Assembly: GCF_008831285.2 (NCBI RefSeq)
Contig: NC_045138.2
Location: 15,376,001-15,440,000 of the forward strand
Direction of reading: 5' to 3'
Origin: Nymphaea colorata
Taxonomy: Eukaryota
DNA length: 64,000 bases
Below, piece by piece: positions 1-14,775 of the stretch (position 1 is the stretch's first letter; each line of letters opens with the position of its first letter). The notes beneath the pieces are model-generated. The model ran no database searches. It was not told the DNA's origin and saw nothing but the letters and a program-made list of their open reading frames with translations. The position numbers and the translations under genes were made by a program.

Positions 1-239
1 GAAACACTTTGTGAATGTTTCATGAATTTGCTCAAAAGATTATATTAGAATTGTGGACACCTCGTTCTAATGCTCCGTGAATCTAACAAAATCTTTAAGG
101 TAGATTTATAAAACATTCAAAAAAGTATTTTAGTGTTTCAATTGCCAAACGACCCTAAAAAAAACTGAATTACATTGAATTTGGACGGTGACTGCGTTCC
201 AGACTTGCTTCAACTGTGCCAACTTCCTTCTGCCATTGA

Positions 240-2330
240 ATTATGGTGTGAGACTTAAAGAAAACAACTTGTACCTGTACAATTCATGGATTCTTGTAGG
301 AAAGGCTTTCCCTAGAGCCCTACTGATGTAATTGTCTCAACATGCCTTCGCTTAATTTTATGCAACCTAGTTTTTTTTTAAAAAAAAATTGCAGCTAGGT
401 GTAGGTGTGCCAAACAAGAAAGTTCTGGATTCCCCTGAAACTCAATAAATACTAAACTCAATAGGTCTTAGGCCTAATCGTAAAAGAAGAATCCTGATAA
501 TTAAGAGTTCAGTTGGATCGACCGACTCCAATTACGGAACAAGTGGGTGCCGGTTATGAAATATTTATGAAATTAAGCAAGTTCAATGGCGTAACCCTAG
601 TTTGGACCCACAACATTGTCATGTAAAACAAATCGTGAAAGAAATTTTATAATGCATGGATAAGTTCTAGCTTTTTGCGAAGTGAACAAGTCTTCTCTTG
701 TGAGAGCTCCTAATGGGTCTCCGATTCTAGATCCAGTACCAGCACCATCAACCCAGTTTGCGATATAAGCCTCTTGGAGGGGGGAAAACTTGGTGCTGAA
801 CTTGATTAATTCTTATGTAATTAGATTAGCTCGTATTCGAACCAAAACCATTTATAGCATGAATGGTAGATCCAGATCTATCCATTTAAGCACTTTGGCA
901 ATGATTGTGTTTGCAGAAAATATTGCTCCATTGGATGTTCTCTACAGTGCAACCCAGCTGGGCTCTTGCATATATATGAACTTATTCCATGGAAAGTTAT
1001 ACTGTTGAAGTCAGCCTTTCGACTCTAATACCAAAGTTAGTAACATTCTTCAAACTTGTTTTTCTGGACCTCACATTTCCTCAAGTTGGAGAATAGAGGC
1101 CTTTACATAACACCATTATCCATTCGCTTTTACTAAAGGTGAGCTAATTAATCGAATCAAACAGCAACAATACCTTTGATGTGAGCCACAAGTTTGAAGC
1201 TTGCATTGCCTTAGATGGAAGAATGTTCCTTGCTTTTCTTCTTAATGGCCGTGAATCCTTCAAGGATAAAAAAGGATCAGATGATTTAAGCAGATGATCT
1301 CCACCTTGAGCAGTCAATAACAAATGAGGACGACGCAGAGGAAGAAGTGAACTCAATTTCGTGATAGAGTGCGAACTTGATCCAAGGTCTTCGATTTAAC
1401 GCTATCTGCAACTTCGGTGCTGCCTTCACCATTTCGAAGAAGAGAGTGCTGTCTCCTTAGGCAGCGTTATCAGCGTCGGCTTGCATGAGCACAAAGCCGA
1501 ACGCATATTCCCATCTTCAAGGACCAGACATTCAAAAGCAGTGCTGCCATGTTCAACTATAGTTTGATAAATACAAATGAACTACAATCATATAAAAAGG
1601 AACATAAAGGGGGCCACATCCTCCTTATTAAATAAGTAGCAGAAGAAGTAGTAAAACCTTTAGCTAAAGTTCCACCTACCAACCCTACTTGACCAAATTG
1701 GTAGATCAATTAATTGCATTAGACCGGCATTACGCTGCAGAAGATGTAAAAGGAAGTATAAATCAATCAGACCTAATCCACATCTAGCATGGTGAATAAT
1801 GCCTTTCCTTGCTAGTTAAAATGCATCACATCGTATAATTGAAGTTTGTTTGTTCAGGTCGCTTTGTGCCACAAAGTCTGGGCTTCTAATCGCGGCCTTC
1901 GAAAACGCCAAATGGAACTGAATATTTTGCATCCGGGAATTGAATTGGATACATGAAAAGAGTGATGAATAATGTCCACTAAAGCCAAGATTTCCGATCT
2001 GCTCAAGCTTTGAGCGATTGTTTCTCTGCCTGTTTGGCATGTAGCATGTCTTCCTTCTAGAATATGTCTCTATTCTTTGAGACAGACAATCTTATTGTTT
2101 GATTCTTTGTGCCTCAATTTTATCCAAACAGTGGATGGCACACCATAAGAATAAGTGGCATCTGACTAGGAGCTACATACATGCAATTGTGAAGCTGTGC
2201 CATTATTGGACTAGGAAGACCCACATATTTCGACCAGGTAGATCCATAGGACACTGTTCGGGATGCCCGTGATCGGCGGGTCCTAGAGCATCTTTTCCAA
2301 TATTCTAACAGCAGCATGTCCACCTCTCAT
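240..2330 (-). mobile_element. Highly degenerate LINE 3' part (zf-RVT and RNase H-like remnants)
   Basis: Broken minus-strand translations LARKGIIHHARCGLG...HLL...IW (~1815-1690, zf-RVT-like) and PLQEAYIANWVDGAGTGSRIGDPLG (~782-708, RNase H-like). Many stops and frameshifts; boundaries approximate. Confidence 0.45.
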
Positions 2331-3522
2331 GAAAAAGGAACCGGTTTTCCTATGAAACAGGGATAGGGGAACGAAACAAACACCCTTCTTGAGAAAATTT
2401 CAAGAGCTTTTCTTGGTGATGATGGGCGGTTCTTGCGCCCACCCTTCATCATCGCATGCTCTATCTTTCATATACGATTTCGCGTTTGCAAATTGGTTCA
2501 ATCCAATCTACAATCTGCCATCTCAAAAGTGCAGCTATCAGATCAGAATAAATAAAAAAAAACTTCACTAATGAGATGACGACTACACCAATCAGTGGAT
2601 CTGGATCTTGCAGCTTCAAGTCACTCCGATTTCACAAATAATAGATAAAACGAAACTCTAAACGTGGTTGGCAGGTTCAGCACTTCCCTTGGGATGAACA
2701 TAACATTCAGCCAATGAAACCGTTGGATAGAAGCTGGTTATGGGTAATAAAATCCAAACCAAGCCTAACATGGGTCGTTCTCATCTTGCATTATATCAAA
2801 CCTCACAATGGGATATTGAATATTCATGAGCATTTGACAGTCCCCTACAAAAGCAGATAAAGAAACAAGTAAGAAGATGCAAGATCTTAAAGATAGTCGG
2901 CTTTTGCCCCGAACCCACAAGAATCCAAGATCTTACATTATGTATTAGCCGACTCACAAATTTTTGTTTTTCCTTTTCATAGATAAGGTACAGATACAGT
3001 CTGGGAAAGTGCCAAACTTTTCCCTAAGCGTGCTAATCTAGGTTAGTTAGGAAAGAAATGGACATGGAGTAGGCCCAGCCTCGCTAAATGCCAAGATGAC
3101 GCATCGATTGTCTTTCTTATTAAGTAATCCATCATGCCGCCAAGTCAACAACCAGCTTTTAGACATAAAATTAAATAAGGGCTAGAATACAAGAAGAAAA
3201 AATCCAAGAACAAACACCCATGTACAAGAGCAATAAGTCTAAAGGGCGATGAATGTTAGACCAAATAAAATGGATTTATAATGCAGAGAGCAGACAAAAT
3301 AAGGCCCAAGTTGACAATGTTGCCGACATTGATTCTATACCATTGACAAAATGTTGATCTTTCGATATCAGTTCCCTTTCTTCTTTGAAAACCATCTCCC
3401 CGTTTTTACATGCCATGTACATAGATGACCAAAATGTGTGAGTTTTTTTATCTACTCATGAGATTGGTGCAGGGAGCGAGATGAGTGCAACCGTTAGTCA
3501 TGAGCCATGGCTTAGTTTCCGA

Positions 3523-4066
3523 TCAGCTTGCAACGCCGGACTGCTGCCGCGCGTCGTAGCCAAGAGGTTCCACTTCCCAAATTAGCTTGGACACGAACGG
3601 ATCGAGCTTAGGTTCGTACTCCTGCATGCAAAAGATAATGGCAGTCGTCATTCACTGACAAAGCGGTAACTGAACCCATAATAGATTAACGCAACTGAGC
3701 TCGCTTAAGCAAGTGAACGACCAAGTCTGAAAGTTTTACGATAACTCAAGATTCGAACAAGAGACAACATATGAAAGTTTTATGGTAACTCAAGATTCGA
3801 GAAGAAACAACATGCAGCCAACTATTTACGTCCGGTTTAACTGAACTCAGCTTTAACCCTGCAGCAAGGAATATCCATACTTCGTATTTCTAACATCTTG
3901 TCACTTGGTTATGTTTTATCTATAAACAGGCCTCCATCGGTTGGGTAGACCCCTCAAGGGCGTCAGAGCTTTTATCGGCTAGAAAAAAAAATGTGAGACG
4001 AATTGAAGAAGGCTTCATCAATAAAGAGAGATGGTGGAAAAGACGCACCGTTGAGGAGATTCCTTT

Positions 4067-4099
<33 letters not shown>

Positions 4100-4696
4100 G
4101 CGCTGATAGGTAATGATAACTCGGTGGCTTGACGATGTGAAGGAATGTCTTGGCTTTCCTAACAAATAACAAGTGAACGGTGAGGGAAAGGCGATGGAGG
4201 TGGCGGATCTCTCCGTCGTCGGCGATCTTCACTTTTAGACGTACCAACGTCCACTCACAAAAGTGACATTGCTTTACAATCTTTTCTTTTGCATGTCAAT
4301 GTCATTTTCTTGCAGAATCTTACCTCATCCCCCTCTTTCTCTCGCAGAGTTAGAAAAGGAAAAAAAAAAGAAAAAAAAAATAGAAAGAAAGAAAGAAAGA
4401 GGTTCTTCTTCTCTTTCCCTTCATCTGCATGACACTGCGACACGCACGAAATTTTCTGTTCATTGCTAGGAAAGAAGGAAAATGATCTTACTCTTACCTC
4501 TAGCTTCCTCACTAATTCTTTGGCCGTTGGTGCAGAAACGATTATGTGACGTGCGGATTGAGAGATGAAACCTTCGTCCACTGCTTTGTCAACGAAAGAC
4601 AGTAGAGAGTTGTAATATCCGTCCACGTTCAAGAGCCCCACCTGTTCCAATATGAAAACGCAAACTTGTTCAACTCTCAGTTGTTCCTTTTTGACC

Positions 4697-4748
<52 letters not shown>

Positions 4749-5077
4749 GCATATGTGCAGCAACAAAGGCTTGCTTGTTGCTTGCCGTAGATGTTTGTCT
4801 TTCCGGAATTTCTTAAAGAAAAGGCAACGCACGAGTTGCTACCCGAGTCAATGGACGTGATCCAAAGCTGGAAAAAGAGAGTCTGATTCTTCACGCATTT
4901 GAACAAGAGAATATTTTAGCCATTTCAGCCATGCAATCTAAAAACATACTGCCTCCTTAAGGGTTTCTGCCACCCATTTCCTTGCAATTTCCTTTCTTTA
5001 ACAAATAAAGGTGTCGTACCATCTCAACTTGCATTCTTCTCTCCTTATATTATATATATACATATATACAAAAAGTT

Positions 5078-5130
<53 letters not shown>

Positions 5131-7909
5131 TGAGAGAGAGAGAGAAACCTACAGGTTTATTATGGATACCAAGTTGTGCCCAAGTGATGACTTCAAGAAG
5201 TTCCTCCAGGGTACCATATCCGCCTGAATGTTATTGTTTTACAGCAATAAAAACAAATCAGGAAAGAACTCATTTGAGATTTTTGCGTGAGCGAGTTTAG
5301 AAACTGAAAGATACAGAAATGGAGGGAGACAATAATCAAATCGATAAAAACTATACGTAGGAGTACCAGGGAGTGCTATAAAGGCATCAGCTTGACGAGC
5401 CATCTCTGCTTTCCTTTGGTGCATGTCAGAGACAGTTCTCAGCTCCCCTACTGTCTCCCCACTTATCTTTAAAAGAAAGAAAGAAACAAAAAAGGAACGG
5501 ATCAGTGCATAAAATAAACAGCAACTAGCGATGAATGATTTAAACAACGCTGTCTGAACTTCGTTTTTTTCTTTTCTTTTTTTTACTGCTCCCTACTGTT
5601 CAACACTTTTTTTCATGTTTTTGTCTTATTTGTTTCTCTCTCTTTGTGTGTTTGCACTCGAGTGGCACCGAGTCAAGAACTGAAGTCGACTCGGTTTGAT
5701 CATTTCCATTTTGAATCATTGCAGACTTGAAATCGTATTGATCTCATCTACCTAGGCTGAGTCTGCTGAGTTGTGACTTGTGAAGTTGTGATGCTCAGAA
5801 ATAGTACCGAACAAATACACAGACATTGGTTGTTGCCATATGCTGGCTGCAGAGACAACCTGCAGTTATTCCCAAGCTGTGTTGCTGAAAAAGAAGGACT
5901 GAACCCTACGGCTGACTCACTGAGATTTCGTGAGACTATGAGAAAAGATTCAAAAATCAAAGAGAGCAGAGAGTCTAGTCACTAGTGCAGAAGGAAGTGT
6001 TACCTCTCTGGGCATCAGCGTCTTGGGGATAACTCTGCCAAAAGAAACAACAACCACAAGAAGAAAATTCATAAGTACATGACAATCAGTGACTCCCCAC
6101 CAGCATGATCAGCAGTCCAGAAAACCCATCTTGTTTCAATCAGGCAAAGAAGTCGAGCCATGATAATGATGAACTATCTGATGCAAGACTGTGAAGCTCA
6201 GACTGAAACAATTGACAGTTCATAGCCCAACATTCATCGAAGTTATCAGCTTTACATGAAGGACACATGAGGAATGCTTTGTGACCAGCAGTTCTTGGTC
6301 AACAAACAGCAGAAAAAGCAAAAGAATTTTGTCATTTTATGGTTGGCTTCTCCCTTTTTATTTCCATTTCATGGCTAAAATGAGATAAATTTCGCAAAGA
6401 TTGACAGAACCTGCGTATGATGTTCAAAAGCAAGATCCTTCGTGCAAAATGATAAACGAAAAGAAATCAAGTACTTTTAAGATAATCATCGCATCAAAGT
6501 TAATTCTTTACGATTGTACACTTAGAGTATAGTAATCTAATTATCAACGTTGTTAACAGAAAAACATATGTCAAAGGGGTGAAAGAGGCAAACTCTACAA
6601 GTATACACGGATTAAGGACCAAAGTAGTTAATGGCAAACTCCATTAATGAACTACCAATGGCAACAAACATTGTTCAATTAAACAAAGAAACCAGAACTG
6701 GCAAGGTGGTCGAAGAATATCCCTTATTGGTCCTTCGATTTTTTTCTTCCTTTTTAAACACAAGGACTTAAAAGCCAAATATATTCCTTAAACTTCACAT
6801 CCATAAGAAAACCTCTCGGAAATTATCAACACAGTGGAAGAATACGAAAGCGGTAACTAATTTTTCTTGGAAATTTTTGGCATGTCATAATGAGACTCAT
6901 TACTCACCCCAAAACATGGCGCCCTCCATCATGCACAGCTTGTGAAACGAGCCCCATCAAACCCACGCTTCCACCTCCATACACCAAATCGATGCTTCTC
7001 TCCACCTGCAAAAGCAATCAAACACGTGCCAACGAAGCTCAATAAGAAGTCTTTCTCACAGAACTCGCCAATAGGCAAACCTCCTTTATGTGTATCCGAG
7101 TGTGCCTTCATGCTCATAAAACCCTAGAAATATTTATAATCCCATGGCTTCTAGCAACCCATAATTGAGCAAAGCACGTTTGTTTCCTAGGGAAGAGCAG
7201 AAGGAGAGGATGGGGTGCCTCAATTGTGATTCCCCACAATTTTTTTCCTTTTAGAAAAAAAAAAATGGGTCATGCGAGAAGGGTGTGGAATCGCCAGGCA
7301 AGCAACAGCTAGCCAAGCCCTCATGCCAAAACTCCTAAAACCAAACTCGCCAATAATAAGCCCACGTTGAAAGCTTGTTAGTTACATCGCCAAGTTAGAA
7401 CCGGACACGGAAGATGTAAAAAAAAAAAAAGAACAATGACAGAAGGAGGTGGCAACAAAGATGAACGGTGGGAGATGAGAGAAAGAGAAGCAAAATTAGA
7501 TTGAACCAGCTTGAAGACCTAATTTGGCTATCAAAGAAACAAAACCAATTTGAAGGAGGACGATGAAAAACCAGTTTTAGCAGAAAGAAGATGAGAACCA
7601 GTGTCGATAGATAAGAAACTATTTATCCATGGAACATTAATTACGAACCAGGAAAAAGAGAAAAACAAAAAGGAACCGTCGTTTTGTCTCCCTTACATGC
7701 CTAGAATTGACGTGAGAATCAGAAATGGAAAAAGGAAGGAACTTAGATGTGGTTCGAAAGAACCTCTGAAGAGAACAAGTTGTGGATTGCAGACATACCA
7801 TCTCCTTGCCCAACTCCACCGCAGCCTCCTGATAACTCATTTTCTTTCCCGGGCTGCTGCCGCAGAAGACACAAATCCTCTTGAATCTGGACATGTGAAG
7901 CTCTTCCAT
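3523..7909 (-). CDS. LOG: LONELY GUY cytokinin riboside 5'-monophosphate phosphoribohydrolase, 217 aa. Exons: 7909-7799, 7005-6908, 6034-6004, 5466-5367, 5223-5153, 4641-4498, 3621-3523
   Basis: All introns GT-AG; the 654-nt spliced frame is open. Motifs [80 protein letters not shown] and [14 protein letters not shown] match the LOG family (PGGxGTxxE). Confidence 0.97.
3730..3812. repeat. ~44-bp imperfect tandem duplication in LOG intron 6
   Basis: GAAAGTTTTA(C/T)G(A/G)TAACTCAAGATTCGA..AGA.ACAACAT occurs twice. Confidence 0.8.
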
Positions 7910-8051
7910 CCCGGCCTGCCTCTCCCACTCTCCCCGCCTGCCTCTCTCTCTTTCTCTGTATGGAGGGATATTCCTGTCCAAGAAAGGAGGAAAAGGTATA
8001 TTTGGAAACGAATACTCCTTTTCGGTGTGCACAACAATGGAGACCAATGGC

Positions 8052-8114
8052 TATTTATACAGTAAGCAACTGGACGGATACAAATCATATTTAAAAGACG
8101 ATCTCCTTTTTATA
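8052..8114 (-). promoter_or_regulatory. Candidate TATA boxes of LOG
   Basis: TATAAATA at 8059-8052 and TATAAAAA at 8114-8107 on the minus strand, 150-200 bp upstream of the LOG ATG. Confidence 0.45.
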
Positions 8115-10124
8115 GGCCAGAAATAGTGCCCCTCTCCCCTACCACACTACCACCTACGAGCTATATGGGGCCTCCCACAGCAGCATTTCCTAAACTAAGC
8201 AACCAGTTAGTACGTAATATTAAAATGGATAGCCATTCGTCTCCTTTGCCTCCGGGCCTAATTCTTTATTCCTGTTGAAATCAATTTCAAGTCGAATGTC
8301 TTCACTTCTTTCTTGCCTGGATGAATATCAGTGGGAACTGAAGTGGGAGTACTTCCCCATCTACTGCTCCTCTTTAGTCTCCAACAATTTTCTATACAAT
8401 TTGCCTATTCCTAGTCAAGGGCATGCTGAGCAGTTTATATATATAAATATTATGCATGTTCTCCTTTTCTCCTTTATTTAAGCACCTAACTTCTTACTTA
8501 TCCTATTGGAATAAGGGCCCCAAGGTGAAATTGTCATTGAACTTCCTTGTAGCCTCTCATGACATCCATACCGACACAACCCAAGTTGTATTATGTCAAT
8601 ACTTTACCATTACTTGGTCGGGGATGCATTATTTTCTTCCTTTTAATAATTTTGTGTGTGTGTATGTGTAGAATAAGGGAATGAATATCCTCTCAGCTAA
8701 AGACCATAAGAAGCAAGAAAGATAGCCCGTGGGAGATCCACGCGTACGTTCTTCATTGATATGGGAAAAATATGGGACGTACAAGAATATAATGCATTAA
8801 GCAAAACACGCGTAAATAAGAAAAGAAAGTCATGGCAGATGCTCCTAATGAACAGGAAAATATGTTCCTCCTTTTCTTATCCACCTGTTAATAGATCCAA
8901 ATAGATCCAAATTTTAATTAGTGGGTGTTGGATTAAATCTGACTTGTAATTTTGATATTAGATCTTTAGAATTGAGATTCATGGGTTTAATATCTACCTC
9001 TTTTTACCCCAGCCCTCTTTTCGGCTAATCACAAGTGTCGATCTTGAGTCAAATATGAGATGAACAGTTTGATGAATTATGAACTTTAGTGTGTATCTTT
9101 TGCTAAAATAAACGAAAAAAGGCCTCATCAGATTCATGGATTGAAGACAAGAGGCAATTAAATATCCCCCTGAGTGTTGTTACGGACTGCCTGTCATGGA
9201 TGTGATACTTGGATCTGAGATAAAATAGATCCTAGCTAATACATTTATTCACCAAAAACTTGAGATGTAAATCGCTCTTTTGTTCAGTCAGCATTGATCA
9301 GATGCAGATCTAGATCCAGATCCATATACAAATCCAACAACACATATATATATATATGGAGAGAAAAGGTCGAAAACTAATTGGGATAAACTATATTTCT
9401 TTGGGAAATTGTTGGTTCATGGTGGGGACTTGTCCACCATGAACATAAGTGGTTCCTCACCACTCTTTGTGATATCTTACCTAATTAATCTGTCACTAAG
9501 TACCTTGTTCGATATTCTATTAAGATTTCTCCAGCCAAGTTGGAAATGGGCATTCATTGGAAGTTGGAACTGGCGTTTCTGGTGGCGTTATGTTTCCTAA
9601 CACATTGCGTAGAGGGTTCAATCGAACCCAAGTACTAAATTGGAAGGGGACAGAAGTTGAGTTTGTCGATTGGCAGAATTTAAGCAGGACCATTGCACCA
9701 AAATAATATGGTATTGTTTTTTGAGATTACCGAAATCAGCAGGCAGTGGTTTAAAAATTTTCAAACCTGCCGCTTATGTTTGGTTTTCTACAAAGCACAT
9801 TCTTGTTTATGCTAATCTGAAGTTACCAAGGGAACATAATTAAAGACCAAGCTATCTTACTTGTAGTTTCTCTTTTTGTTTTAACATTTTGCTTTAGGCT
9901 CAGGCATGATAAGCGCTTCTTTCCCACTATACAGGCACAGCAGCCAATGGTCAGTGCAATGGGCTCATTAATGGCGCAAGGAAGATTAAGGAGGGAGGGA
10001 GTTTGGGGGAGCAAAGTGGTGATTCTCTCGACAACCTGAGACCCTGGTAAGGAGAAAGGGCGATGTTGGCTGGCCAAGTCTGGTGGGGGTAGAAAGGATG
10101 ATCTCAATGACTGTTGGCTCCCAA

Positions 10125-11170
10125 GAGAGTGCTTAGTTGGGACGTCAGGGGACTAGTAAATCTGGCTAGTCAAACGGACCTTTGGATCTTGATGCTGCAG
10201 TTTAATTAACCCTGTTATTTCCTTTTCACTGATTTGATGCAGCACAGGAGAGATTAGATGGTATTGATAAACGTTCTGTTAACAGAAGATTCTAGAGCCA
10301 CTTTAGATAGTGCAGCCCTGGAACATGAGTGCGGTCGGTAGACGTGACAAGAAATTGTTTAGGTTCTATCTGCTTTGGGATAACTATCTAGGCTACAGGA
10401 GAATTATTGATAGTGTGTTTGGCAAGTGGAACAAAATTAGTAGACTACAAAGATTGAATGAAGGCCAAGAATGAGAATTGACATGCCTGCAAAGAGGTTA
10501 CCCTGACAAATGATTAGCATCCGGAGGGAAGGGAGGCAATTGGTTAGCGGTTGTGAACTGTGGGTTTCAGCCCATGTTGGAGATTAGAGAGGGAGAGCGG
10601 CTGGGTGAAGGAATTGGCATCAGGTTTTATGGATGAGCGGATGTGCTGCGGGTGTGAGGTGGATTACTGTTGAGAAACAAAGGCTGCAGGATGCTTCTGG
10701 TTGGGTGATATTATTGCATCAGCTATTTGAGAATGTTATGGTGGGTGTGGCATCCTGAGTTGAATCTACGGATCAGTAGAAGATTTAATGATCAAGGGAG
10801 TAGTGGGAGGGGCTCCATGCATATGCATATGTTGAATTTCAGGAAGATTTTCCTTTTCGGGGGCAGCTTTCTCTGTTGAGGCTATCTATCTGCTGGTTGT
10901 AGCAACATGATTTGTTTGGCTGTTTGGCCTTTCCCCTTGGAATGTCGATGAGGCTGAACTTCTTCACTCAAGGAGACCTGAAAATCAAGGAAACTGTTGT
11001 GGAAGACAATAAAAGCAGATACCAACTGTTGTTTCCAAGAGAATAGCATGGAAAATCGTCCACGATTCTAGAGGGTTGATGGAAAGCAACCCTCTTCGAA
11101 TGTTGAGGAGAGTTGTGATTCCGTGGACTTAGGTGATTCACACACGTGAACGTTTTGGCTTCCTCTCTCC
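10125..11170 (+). mobile_element. Degenerate LINE ORF2 N-terminal fragment (endonuclease and linker)
   Basis: RVLSWDVRGL at 10126 (compare ILSWNVRGL at the start of the L1 endonuclease), then FEN..W.HPEL (~10725-10762) and a DTN..F-like segment (~11018-11050). Frame is broken. Confidence 0.6.
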
Positions 11171-14100
11171 TCTACGGCAATTTTGAACTCCTATGCGGCA
11201 TACCAGACAGCCTTAGCTTCATTTTCCCTATATAATTCGTATTTTATAAACCTTAAGTTAACAATTGAATAGATGCACATACCATTGAGAGACGGCCACC
11301 AATCCGAATTTAATCGAATCGGCTGATTCTGATAACATTGATTAAAAGATGTGAAATAGTTCCAAAAGGAACACTGCATGCAAGTTTTAGGCAATTGTTA
11401 GGTCGACATAAAAAGAAAAACCGTGTAGGTGCGATCTGATGAACCTCACCTATTCGTGTCTACAATAATTTAACACAAAGAACCTGCATCACATTAGGCA
11501 TGTTACATATGCCATATTTTTTTAGTACGATCAATAAATTGAATCATTAATCCATTCAGATCGCATTTATAAAAAGTCGGCTGATTATGACTCGCCACTC
11601 ACCAGTCAAATATCACCGAACCCATGGCCTAACCTTCCTTCGACTCGAGTGAGGTCCGGAGTTCGAAACTCAACCATGGGTAAAAATGAAAGGAAGGAAA
11701 CGGGGTGAATATGGGGTGGGCCCCACAAGGCGCCATTCACTCGGTATTAGGAAAAGGAAGAGGTGGTCCCGTACAGATGACGTGTCGAAGAGGGAGATTG
11801 CTGGCTGGTCAAGGTCGACGGGTCGTTGTCCGTTGAGCGGCCTACGTGGACTGCCCACTTGGCAGGTGGCGTGGAGCCCACACGCGTGCTTTTTTTTTTT
11901 TTTTTTTTTTTTTTTGAGAAGAAGGTGTTGTCGCGATCGCACGATGGCAATCATGAGGGCCGTCCGCACGCCGACCGCTCTCTCTCCTTTTCGGAGACTG
12001 GGAAGAAGTTCCCCACCCCCTCTCGAACTTCGCATCTCAGCCGTACATCATGCCTGGGGATCTTCACCCTGCGGGGGGAAATGAATGGCCGCCGTCGGGT
12101 AACATGGACCGGACCCAGTTCTCGACCCCATACCCGATTCCCAGTTAACCATACCAAGACTTGTTGGTTTGGATCTGATCCGGATCCAGAACCAGAAGCA
12201 TACTGCCTTATCCGGGTTCGGGTCCGATAGATCCGGTTGAGGGTAGGCCGGCCGGCCGGCCGGCAGCAGACGTGCCGTACATGTCGGCACGTGGGAGTGG
12301 GGTGGGGGGAACACGAGGCCTCCCACACCCCACGTCTTTCCCGCCGCTTCTTCGTTCTCTAGGGCCTAGGCTTTCTCCTTTGGCGGCAGCGACGTGGTTA
12401 TTTTTTATTTGATGTCGTTGGTGTACTTAAATCTGGATTTGGATTTGGATTTGGATTTAGATTTAAACCCATTCATTTCACTGAGAACGAAGATGCATCT
12501 CGAAATCTAAAAGATGCGAAAACTACAAAAACAAGGAACTATCAATTTACAAACATATATTATACCTTATAAAAATATAACATTGGCAAATACATTTGTG
12601 TATAGTTACAATATTTTCAATAGGAGCACATACTTTTGAATGTACCCCCGATTCGAAGCACGACTTATGTGCAAGGGAATATAACAGGGGAGAGGGGAGT
12701 AGAGGCTACACATTGCTCAAGGCAGGACTTGGCTGCTCACATGTATATAACATAAAATATTGGTTAATGTCCACCCTTGGACCTCGGCTTACATATGCCT
12801 CCCCAGCATTCTACAGCAGTCATGGGCACGTATTCTTTTCTAATTTGCCCAAACCACCTCTACTACTCCATGCTCGCTCTTCAATTTAGACTCGACTATC
12901 CATTTCCTTCCTGTTATCGGTTCATCTTTAATATATTTAACTGCCTTAGATCCGACCCGTATTTCTCGCCCTCCTCCTCAACATTTCCAGCCTTATGGCA
13001 TTAGAAAACAGCGTTGGAAGGCTTATCGAGAAATGAGAATTCATTACTGAGCTTCATGTAACGCTGGACTGTCGATGGTGCCCTTACTTTTTTATCGGTT
13101 AACTTCACTGCAGAGCCCAAGGTTTAGAGAAATTGAAATATTTTATTGAGCCACTGATATGGTCTCTACCAAATTTGGTTAACTCCATATGACCTGGAAT
13201 TGCTCTCACCTGGCCCCATTTGACGGTGGAGATTAAGATCCGACTTTGAAAGTTGAATTGGATATGCAAAAAAATTGTTATCGCTATCCCATTTTCTGAC
13301 TCTGTGTGATGTTGCTCGAAACCATTCTGTTCCAAGTTGTATTTGGATTTCAATTTTTTTCCCCCGTCTCGCTGATTAAAAGTGATTGGATTTGGATCCG
13401 TGTCAAGTCAAACCGGATCCGTGACATCCCTCCATTCACTCCGCGTTGGGGATCGGACTTCCAGCCGGTAACGAACTCGATCCAAACCGACCCGCCTCTT
13501 GCCGTAAAAGGATTACGGGGCGAGAGATGGAGAAGGGGAGGTGTGTGTAGGGCATCGTTTCTGGGCATCGAGGTAAGCGCTTCCTCGATTCTTGTTTCTT
13601 CTCTTCTCTCCTCTGCTCTCTGGTTCCAGTAAATCTGCTCTCTGGTTCCAGTAAACAATCTCAGGTTTGAAAAATTTTTCCTCTCTCTCTCTCTCTCTCT
13701 CTTTCGCGTCCTCTGGTTAGGACTTCTTCTGGTGGGTTCGTATCGGTTTCAGGCCAAATGGGTGAATTCTAGTGGATATGTTCCTGTTGCGCTTTTTCTT
13801 TTGGTTCTGTTGGGGAGAAATAGTTTCTTTCGATTGCCTAATGGGCACCAAATATTCGACAGAATGATCCAGTGAAATGTTGTACCACGTTCTGCTTTAT
13901 TTCTACTAATTAATTGAACTCTACGATTCGAGGGACGGTATTGAACGCCTTAATTCTTCTTATATGGAACTCTTGAGAAACTGCTGTCGCTTTGCTACTG
14001 TTCCACGAAAGAGCTCGGAAATCATGCATCAACATGACCACTTTTCCTCCCATTTGAAGGTCAATTTAGAATATGTGTGTGTGTGTCTCTGTGTCTGTGT

Positions 14101-14775
14101 CTGTGCCGGCTCAGGTTTCCTTTTCCACTACTGAACAGGCCTTCCTGAATTGAGCATCTGTAAAGTATCCCTTAATGTGGTGCTTTCCAATTGTTATGTC
14201 ATAGATGACCAGCCCATCGATAAAATGCATTCTAAGTGTGTTCCTCACAGTTTACCGGCATTTACTTGCCATGTCTTCCTCTTATGCTGTGTGTTGGCCT
14301 TGTTGGGACTTCGAAGAACGGGAATTGATCTATGACTGGTTTTTTTCCATTAATCAAATCACACGGATCACCTGGTTGACTGCCTGCCTGTCGTCCTGAA
14401 TTTGTTTTTCACCTTAGCTAATGTTTTTCTTTCCCTTTTGAATGAGTTGTCAAGTCTTTCATGCGTGAATTGAGCATCCTGTCTTTTTGTTAATCTGAAA
14501 CATGTTGCACTGTAAGTGATTCAAGTTGTTACTCTCGTAGATGCATGTCATGTGTTCTCATATGCGTGGGCTTATCTCATTTGTTCTAACTGCTCAATCT
14601 TGCCCATTTTAATATTCACTGGTGTTAATTTTTTAGTTTATTACTACAGCTTGTGATATTTTTAATCCTTTGGTAGCAATTGTCAGGGAAGCTTCTCTGA
14701 ATTTCTGGTTTTTAAAAGCAAGTCTTCTGACTTGATGCTTACTCATGCTGCACTATTGAGTTGATCTATTTAGAC

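Noticed and set aside
3920..4255. Compositionally distinct insert in LOG intron 6, considered as a miRNA hairpin or nested gene
   Set aside because: No convincing fold-back, no known miRNA sequence, and the ORFs cross a microsatellite
11645..11685. B-box-like GAGTTCGAAACTC
   Set aside because: No matching A box or tRNA fold; too little to call a tRNA or SINE
11670..12328. ORFs of 120-134 aa in the GC-rich island
   Set aside because: Most run through a poly-T tract or a GGATC repeat, and none shows a protein motif
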